A stretch of 50,306 nt of DNA, from positions 1 to 50,306 of the forward strand of contig CAZGKP010000001.1 of the NCBI GenBank assembly GCA_964526215.1. Reading direction: 5' to 3'. The notes under the pieces are model-generated. The model was not told the DNA's origin, searched no databases, and worked only from the letters and a program-made list of their open reading frames with translations. Source of the stretch: an uncultured Candidatus Sumerlaeota bacterium (GTDB lineage: Bacteria; Sumerlaeota; Sumerlaeia; MWCT01). Below, one piece after another: positions 44,359 through 50,306 of this stretch; position 1 is the first letter of the stretch; every line of letters starts with the position of its first letter. The translations under genes and the position numbers were made by a program.

Positions 44359-44838
44359 AAGATTCCCCCTTTGCACCAGATTCACAAAACAAAAATTCCC
44401 CTGCCTCGATAAACAATCCTTGCGGTAAGTACTTGCCTCTTCTTCATCTCCCTCAGCCAACTTTATAGAAAAGATTATGACTTTGCCCGTTACCCTTGCA
44501 ACTAATAATTATTGCACCTTTCAAAAACCGTGTTCAATCCCTTTTTATACACAGCGTCTTAAATAATGTCTTATATCCGGAAGGGAATCTCAAATATATT
44601 CTCTCATAAAATCTTCGCCTTTATCTTCGTCTTCATCTTCATTTTAGACTTTACTTGCGCAACAAATATGTTCTTTTCACATGCAAAACTCAAGGTTTAC
44701 AAACGGGCAATTGGTGCGTCGCGTGGCGCAGGAAAAAACAAGATACGGAGATGGAGATGAAGAGTGAGATGAAGAGTGAAGAAGATATATGCACAACTTG
44801 TGACGTTGTATATAGAAACAGAGTTGTAGAATTTTTAT

Positions 44839-46038
44839 CTATCCTCCCCCGGAGAAATGTTTCGTCAATGCGGGGACAATCTCGTGCAAATCACCTACTA
44901 TGCCATAAGTCGCCACTTTGAAAATCGGCGCCTCGGGGTCTTTGTTTATGGCAACTATAACATCCGAAGACCGCATCCCGACCAGGTGCTGTATGGCACC
45001 CGATATGCCGCACGCTATGTATAACTTTGGGCAAACCGTCTTTCCCGTCTGCCCCACCTGATGAGAGTATGGTATCCACCCCGCATCAACCGCTGCGCGC
45101 GATGCACCTACCGCTCCACCTAAAACCGTCGCTAAATCCCGAATCAATTTGAAATGTTTCGGGTCTCCAAGTCCCCGCCCTCCCGATACAATAATATCCG
45201 CCTCGGCAAGGTTCACAGTCTCCTCCAGCTCCTCAAACCTCTTTACAAATTTTGTGCGGGGCTTCTTCGCCTTCTCGGGAATCGGGACAGTGATGACCTC
45301 ACCCTTTGCATCATCCGAACGCACAGCCGGTCTCATCACTTTATGCCGCACAGTGGCAATCTGGGGGCGATGATTGTATGTGGCGATAGTTGCAAATATG
45401 TTCCCACCAAAAGCGGGACGTGTCTGCATCAGATTGCCGCGCTCAGGGTCAATCGTAAGACCGGTGCAATCTGCCGTAAGCCCCGTCTCCAATTTGACGG
45501 CGACCTGTGGGATGAACGAGCGCCCGATGCTCGTCGCCCCGCATAAAAGAATCTCCGGCTTATACTGGCGCACAAGTTCCGCCACGCATTCAGAATACGG
45601 GTCGTCCTGAAAATCTTCAAGGATGGTATCATCAATATAATAGACCCTATCTGCGCCATAATGGAGCAATTCCTCTGCCTGATTGCGAATGCCATTGCCG
45701 AGTAAAATCGCCGAGAGATTGACGCCGCCCGCATCGGCGAGTTTACGCCCCTCGCCTAAGAGTTCAAACGTTACGCTCTGGATTCTGCCTTTACGCTGCT
45801 CGGCAAAAATCCACACACCTTGATATTTAGAGATGTCCATACCCTTTTCGGGAACCACTTCTTCTTTGGTTTCGATGATTGCCTCGAGCGGGCAAACGTC
45901 CAGACAGGCGCCGCACAATGTGCAGCTCTCGAGTATGACGGCTTTGCTCTCTTGCATCTCTATTGCGCCGAAAGGGCAACTCGGCAGACATACCTCGCAG
46001 CCGTTGCATTTGTCAGAATCAACATAGATAATACTCAT
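44839..46038 (-). CDS. etfA: Electron transfer flavoprotein alpha subunit with an N-terminal 2x[4Fe-4S] ferredoxin domain
   Basis: 399 aa with two CxxCxxCxxxCP motifs ([24 protein letters not shown]) and then an EtfA body with an FAD-binding C-terminus ([15 protein letters not shown]-like: [18 protein letters not shown]). Confidence 0.9.
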   Translation of the reverse strand: MSIIYVDSDKCNGCEVCLPSCPFGAIEMQESKAVILESCTLCGACLDVCPLEAIIETKEEVVPEKGMDISKYQGVWIFAEQRKGRIQSVTFELLGEGRKLADAGGVNLSAILLGNGIRNQAEELLHYGADRVYYIDDTILEDFQDDPYSECVAELVRQYKPEILLCGATSIGRSFIPQVAVKLETGLTADCTGLTIDPERGNLMQTRPAFGGNIFATIATYNHRPQIATVRHKVMRPAVRSDDAKGEVITVPIPEKAKKPRTKFVKRFEELEETVNLAEADIIVSGGRGLGDPKHFKLIRDLATVLGGAVGASRAAVDAGWIPYSHQVGQTGKTVCPKLYIACGISGAIQHLVGMRSSDVIVAINKDPEAPIFKVATYGIVGDLHEIVPALTKHFSGGG

Positions 46039-46826
46039 AATGCCAGACCCGCCTTCTTAAGACGCTTTCTTAATTTCGCCGCAATCTCCTGGGGCGTATC
46101 GCCGGTGATTATGTCACCCGCTTTTCGCACTTCGGGGGTGAAAACCTTGATGACTTGCGTGGGAGAGCCCGTAAGCCCCAGTCTTCCCTTTTCCACAGCG
46201 ACGTCATCTGCGGTGAAGAGTTTCGGTTCATATTTCATTGCCCGCATCTTGCCACGAAGAGAGGGCAGACGCGGCTCATTGATTTCCTTAACCACGGTGA
46301 GAACCGCCGGCAGCGGCATTTCTATCACATCATAACCATACTCCATCATACGCTCAACCTGCATCCTGCCATCGCCTATCTCTTCAATCTTTTTCACAAA
46401 GGCGACAAAGGGGATGCCAAGGCATTCGGCTATGCCGGGTCCAACCTGCGCCGTATCGCCGTCTGATGCCTGTTTGCCGCACAGGATAATGTCGAACGTC
46501 CCCAGTTTCCTTATCGCTCTCGAAACGGTATAAGAAGTCGCAAGTGTATCAGAACCGGCGAATGCAGGATCACTGATGAGAATCCCCTCATCCACCCCCA
46601 TCGAGATACACTCACGAAGTGCCTCTTTCGCCTGCGGCGGACCCATCGTTACTGCCGTAACCTTTCCGCCGAACTTCTCCCTCAAGCGCAGCCCCTCCTC
46701 CACGGCATACATATCAAATGGATTCACGATACTGGGGACGCCTTCGCGCACAAGTGTGCCGGTCTCGGGGTCAATTTTGACCTCGGTAGTATCCGGCACC
46801 TGCTTGATACACACAATTGTATTCAT
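46035..46826 (-). CDS. etfB: Electron transfer flavoprotein beta subunit
   Basis: 263 aa with the EtfB N-terminus MNTIVCIKQVPDT...NPFDMYAVEEGLRL. ATGA overlap with etfA. Confidence 0.9.
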   Translation of the reverse strand: MNTIVCIKQVPDTTEVKIDPETGTLVREGVPSIVNPFDMYAVEEGLRLREKFGGKVTAVTMGPPQAKEALRECISMGVDEGILISDPAFAGSDTLATSYTVSRAIRKLGTFDIILCGKQASDGDTAQVGPGIAECLGIPFVAFVKKIEEIGDGRMQVERMMEYGYDVIEMPLPAVLTVVKEINEPRLPSLRGKMRAMKYEPKLFTADDVAVEKGRLGLTGSPTQVIKVFTPEVRKAGDIITGDTPQEIAAKLRKRLKKAGLAL

Positions 46827-46941
46827 AACAAAAAATCCTTCGGGAAAATAAATAACCTCATAAACAGATAGGTTATCTAATCAAGTAATTCAACCGATTC
46901 AAGTCCAAAAGATCCGTTGTAGATGTCGGTCACACAAGTGC

Positions 46942-47172
46942 CTAAATTAAGTCCGGGCGGATTGTGCCATCGGGGAGCATATTATCCGGGTGTGGCTCGC
47001 CGCTCTCCTCCATCTGATAACGCACACATTCCTTGTTGCCGATGAAGCAATAATTCTTTACCCAGTAATCTTCCAATTTCCCCGCATCAGTGAACCACTT
47101 TATCGGGCAGCAATAATACCATTTACAGATATTGGAACCCCCATCTTTCTTATTCCCTTTTTTCAAAATCAT
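46942..47172 (-). CDS. Small Cys-rich protein of unknown function
   Basis: 76 aa with six Cys (CKWYYCCPIKWF...YCFIGNKECVRY) and an HPDNMLPDG motif. Its ATG overlaps the yqeY-like TGA (TGATG at 47170-47174). Confidence 0.6.
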   Translation of the reverse strand: MILKKGNKKDGGSNICKWYYCCPIKWFTDAGKLEDYWVKNYCFIGNKECVRYQMEESGEPHPDNMLPDGTIRPDLI

Positions 47173-47642
47173 CAGGATTGTTTCTGTTCGGAGAGGGCGG
47201 ATTTGACGAGGGCGGTGACGAGTTTACCGTCTATGGTTTTGCCGGTTTCCTTCAGGCGCCTCATAACTAAACCCATCACTTTGCCCATATCGCGCATTGT
47301 CGTGGCACCGGTCTCGGCAATCACCTGCGTGATTGTATCCTTGATTTCCTCCTTGGACATCTTTGGTGGGAGATACGCTTCGAGGATTTTAATTTCGGCG
47401 GTTTCTTTTTCGGCAAGTTCAGGGCGCCCACCTTTTTCATACTGTTCAGCAGCATCCTTGCGCTGCTTGATGAGGGTATGTATGAGCGAGTGCACAACAG
47501 TGTCGTCCACTTTTGCGCCCGCCTTTTCATTTTCCTTTTTGAGTATTTCAGCACGGAGCATACGAAGCGCGCTGGTGCGAAGCGCATCTTTCGCCTTCAT
47601 AGCCGCTTTCAAATCTTCCTGGATTTGTTCCTTGAGTGGCAT
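47172..47642 (-). CDS. GatB/YqeY domain protein
   Basis: 156 aa with the characteristic N-terminus LKEQIQEDLKAAMKAKDALRTSALRMLRAEI and C-terminal GKVMGLVM...GKTIDGKLV. Confidence 0.85.
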   Translation of the reverse strand: MPLKEQIQEDLKAAMKAKDALRTSALRMLRAEILKKENEKAGAKVDDTVVHSLIHTLIKQRKDAAEQYEKGGRPELAEKETAEIKILEAYLPPKMSKEEIKDTITQVIAETGATTMRDMGKVMGLVMRRLKETGKTIDGKLVTALVKSALSEQKQS

Positions 47643-47977
47643 AAGAAAACCTCTGTCTACTTACCGAACTTTCTATAAATCTTGCTTCGATGAGCACTTG
47701 TATAAGGGAAAAGGGGTCAGGTTCCCTTTTGTGTGTTGTTCGTGTGATAGGCAAAGTCGGGCAAGAAAATTTCCATCCTGTGAGATGAGATAATCTTACA
47801 GTTCGTCTCCGAGTCTTTGAAAACTCCGGGAAACCCGTATCACTTCCTCAATAATATCCACCGGGATGTTTACCGTCTTGCTCGTATAGTATCTCCATCT
47901 ATAGAAAAAAGTGAGGAGATAATACTGTGCCTAAGTCTGGTTGGTCAAGAGGTTTCCAATTATGAACAGCGGGTGTC

Positions 47978-49276
47978 TTAAGTAACTCCGCAGTTTTTGT
48001 AAATCTCGTCTATATGCACAAGAAACTTTTTGTAATCCATAATGGTATCAAGTTCGGAGGCGGTTAGATGCTTTGTAAAATCGGGGTCGGCGAGCAAATT
48101 TTCCTTGAGAGCCGTTTTGTCCCGCCAGGTCTTCATAGCATTTCTCTGGATGATGGCATACGCCTCTTCGCGCGTAAGCCCTCTCTCCACGAGCGTCAGC
48201 ATTATACTTTGAGAAAATAAGAGTCCACGGGTCTTTTCGAGATTTTCAAGCATTGCGGCTGGGTAAACATTTAGCCCATGAAGTACCCAAGTAAGTTTTT
48301 TCAACATATAATGAAGCAGTGTTGTGGAATCGGGCAGTATTATGCGCTCGACTGATGAATGAGAAATGTCGCGTTCGTGCCACAGTGGGATGTTTTCGAG
48401 TGCAGCGAGTAGATTTGCGCGGAGCACACGTGCAAGCCCCGATAGCTGCTCGCACACAACCGGATTTCGCTTGTGTGGCATTGCGGATGAACCTTTTTGT
48501 TTTTCGCCGAACGGTTCTTCTACCTCACGGATATCTGTGCGTTGCAGTGCTCGAATCTCAACCGCAATCTTTTCGATGGTGCAGCCGGTGATGGCTATTG
48601 CCGCGAGGAATTCAGCGTGTCTGTCGCGCTGAAGAATCTGCGTTGAGATAGATGCGGGCTGAAGCCCCAATTTTTCACACACGTATCTCTCCATAAATGT
48701 GCCAGTATGGGCATAAGTGCCGACTGCGCCCGAAATCTTCCCCACGCTCACGGACTTGGTAGCTGCTTGAAGTCTTTTGTGGTTTCGCAGCATCTCCTGA
48801 TACCAGAGTAAAAACTTTAACCCGAACACGATAGGTTCGGCGTGGATGCCGTGTGTGCGCCCAACCATAATCGTATTGCGATATTCAATTGCGCGCCGCT
48901 TTAGCAGGTCAATAAACGTACCAAGGGCATCAAGTATGAGATTCCCTGCGCGAACGAGTCGCACAGCTTGTGCAGTATCAACCACATCCGTAGAGGTAAG
49001 TCCCTTATGCACAAAGCGAGATTCAGGTCCGATATTTTCAGCGAGGTTCGTGGTAAATGCAACAACGTCGTGGCGCAAGTCCCTCTCCAGTTCACTTATG
49101 CGTTCAATGGAGAAGGCGGCTTTTTTCTTGATGACATCGAGAGCAGCGGACGGGATTTTGCCGAGTTCTGCCCACGCCTCGCAGGCAAGGATTTCAACCT
49201 CGAGCCAGGTGGCGAATTTTGTTTGTTCCGACCAGAGGGATTCCATTTCGGGAAGTGTGTAACGTTCAATCATCAT
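47978..49276 (-). CDS. purB: Adenylosuccinate lyase
   Basis: 432 aa with the fumarate-lyase signature GSSAMPHKRNP and the PurB N-terminus MIERYTLPEM. Confidence 0.95.
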   Translation of the reverse strand: MMIERYTLPEMESLWSEQTKFATWLEVEILACEAWAELGKIPSAALDVIKKKAAFSIERISELERDLRHDVVAFTTNLAENIGPESRFVHKGLTSTDVVDTAQAVRLVRAGNLILDALGTFIDLLKRRAIEYRNTIMVGRTHGIHAEPIVFGLKFLLWYQEMLRNHKRLQAATKSVSVGKISGAVGTYAHTGTFMERYVCEKLGLQPASISTQILQRDRHAEFLAAIAITGCTIEKIAVEIRALQRTDIREVEEPFGEKQKGSSAMPHKRNPVVCEQLSGLARVLRANLLAALENIPLWHERDISHSSVERIILPDSTTLLHYMLKKLTWVLHGLNVYPAAMLENLEKTRGLLFSQSIMLTLVERGLTREEAYAIIQRNAMKTWRDKTALKENLLADPDFTKHLTASELDTIMDYKKFLVHIDEIYKNCGVT

Positions 49277-50256
49277 TTAGCTCCTTCAGACAAATTGCGC
49301 TAAAACAGGAATTATTGAAAAGCCCGCCAGGGCGTCTACTGTCAATCATTTTTCCCCAAAAAAATGAAAGGAGGGGCACGTCCAAATTTTGCCTCCAAAG
49401 TAATCGTAATGCTGAATGTCCAATAAATGAAAAGGGGATGTGGGGAGATATGGGGATATTTCATAATCAGGTGCTTAAGACGCAAAGATGGAAAATTTTT
49501 TGTCGCTGTTGGATTCCTATCAAGTTAAAATCTAAATCCGCCGCGGCAGAGACAAATGACAATCTGACAATTGAAAATAAACGGCTATCCATAATCTTTA
49601 ATTATCAGTTTTTAATTTTAAAAGCGTAGATTCTTACTCAACCAATGTGAGAATTTATCTCTCACTTTTGTTATTAGACAGAATTTATCCGCCTGAGGCA
49701 GATTCATCTTGTAGTATTTTTTTTACCACTAAGTCACCAAAACACAAAGGTACACTAAAGGGCTATAGAACCACTCTTTTTATTCCGTCTTTTATTACGG
49801 GAACGTTGAAGTTGATGAGAAAGCCGAGACGGTAGCCGGATAGTTTAAGATCGGTTAAAAGTTGAGATTTGAACGGGAAGAGACGCCTGGCTTTTTACCT
49901 TTAGTTTCCTTTTCTTGAGTTCATAAATTAGACAGACCCCTTTCCTATGAAGACGGGGTAATCTTTGTGAATACTTGGTGCCTTGGTGTCTTTGTAGTGA
50001 TATATTTTTCTTTATTCGGCTAAGACGGATTCATCTTGTCTAAATTTCAAATATCTTTGGCTAGACTTCATCTCCCATATCCCCCCTTATTTTCCCATCT
50101 CCTTTTCTTACACACAATGAAAGTCAAAACTTGGATGCGCCCTATTCGGGAGTATAGGAGGGTTTTTGTTTGACAGCATCGGGGATGCGTAACTATATGA
50201 GCTCATTATTTTTTTCGAACCGACCGAAGGAAATTCAAATAAGAAAGGGTTTTGAG

Positions 50257-50306
50257 ATGACATCTGGAAAAAAAGGCGTTCGTAGGGTTGTGCTTGCTTA
50301 TTCGGG
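50257..50306 (+). CDS. 5' fragment of a PP-loop ATPase gene, argininosuccinate synthase-like
   Basis: ATG 50257 yields MTSGKKGVRRVVLAYS(G), which resembles the ArgG N-terminus (VVLAYSGGLDTS). Only 16 codons are visible, so other PP-loop enzymes cannot be excluded. Confidence 0.35.
   Translation, partial: MTSGKKGVRRVVLAYS

Noticed and set aside
46990-47793. 267-aa plus-strand ORF.
   Set aside because: It is antisense to the six-Cys and yqeY-like genes and runs into intergenic DNA. Its Ser/Ile/Phe-rich low-complexity composition is typical of a shadow ORF.
47643-47977. Expected rpsU (ribosomal protein S21) upstream of the yqeY-like gene, as in many bacteria.
   Set aside because: Translating the minus strand by eye gave only 16-21-codon fragments with no S21-like basic sequence, so the region is left unannotated.

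Overview
This is a 50.3-kb chromosomal segment with no rRNA, integrase, transposase or phage genes. The gene content suggests an uncultivated diderm bacterium (lpxD) with an anaerobe-like repertoire (several radical-SAM enzymes, ferredoxin-fused EtfAB). The phylum cannot be assigned without a database search. I call 39 protein-coding genes (one partial), two tRNA(CAU) genes (one with initiator hallmarks), two intrinsic-terminator-like hairpins, two sigma70-like promoters and several short-period repeat arrays. Housekeeping genes are leuS, mfd, purB, nadA, lipA, lpxD, rlmD, cls, etfB/etfA, a yqeY-like gene, an FtsB-like gene, a PfkB kinase, a LeuD-like subunit and the start of an argG-like gene. 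Signalling genes are abundant: a STAS-TPR fusion, an FHA-GAF-PP2C phosphatase, a kinase-like/TPR membrane protein with degenerate catalytic motifs, and a GAF-GGDEF-HD-GYP protein. Adjacent genes are often translationally coupled by ATGA/TGATG/TAATG overlaps (1136-1139, 20423-20427, 34527-34533, 36340-36344, 46035-46038, 47170-47174). The most interesting observations are these. (1) At 35050-37937, a radical SAM/SPASM maturase with a PqqD-like N-terminus is coupled to a 531-aa membrane protein whose C-terminus is a Cys-His-x-Ala ladder (11 Cys), so a RiPP-type enzyme appears to be aimed at the tail of a large membrane protein. (2) At 5916-7148, a lone low-GC gene encodes a protein with a C-terminal PD-(D/E)xK nuclease motif, a candidate acquired single-gene defence locus. 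(3) A dispersed family of phase-locked heptanucleotide arrays occurs in intergenic DNA, and several arrays touch or contain stop codons. (4) There are unusually long AT-rich non-coding gaps (18804-19522, 23141-23930, 49277-50256) with hairpin-bearing repeats. All family calls rest on motifs recognised by eye; no search or folding program was run.
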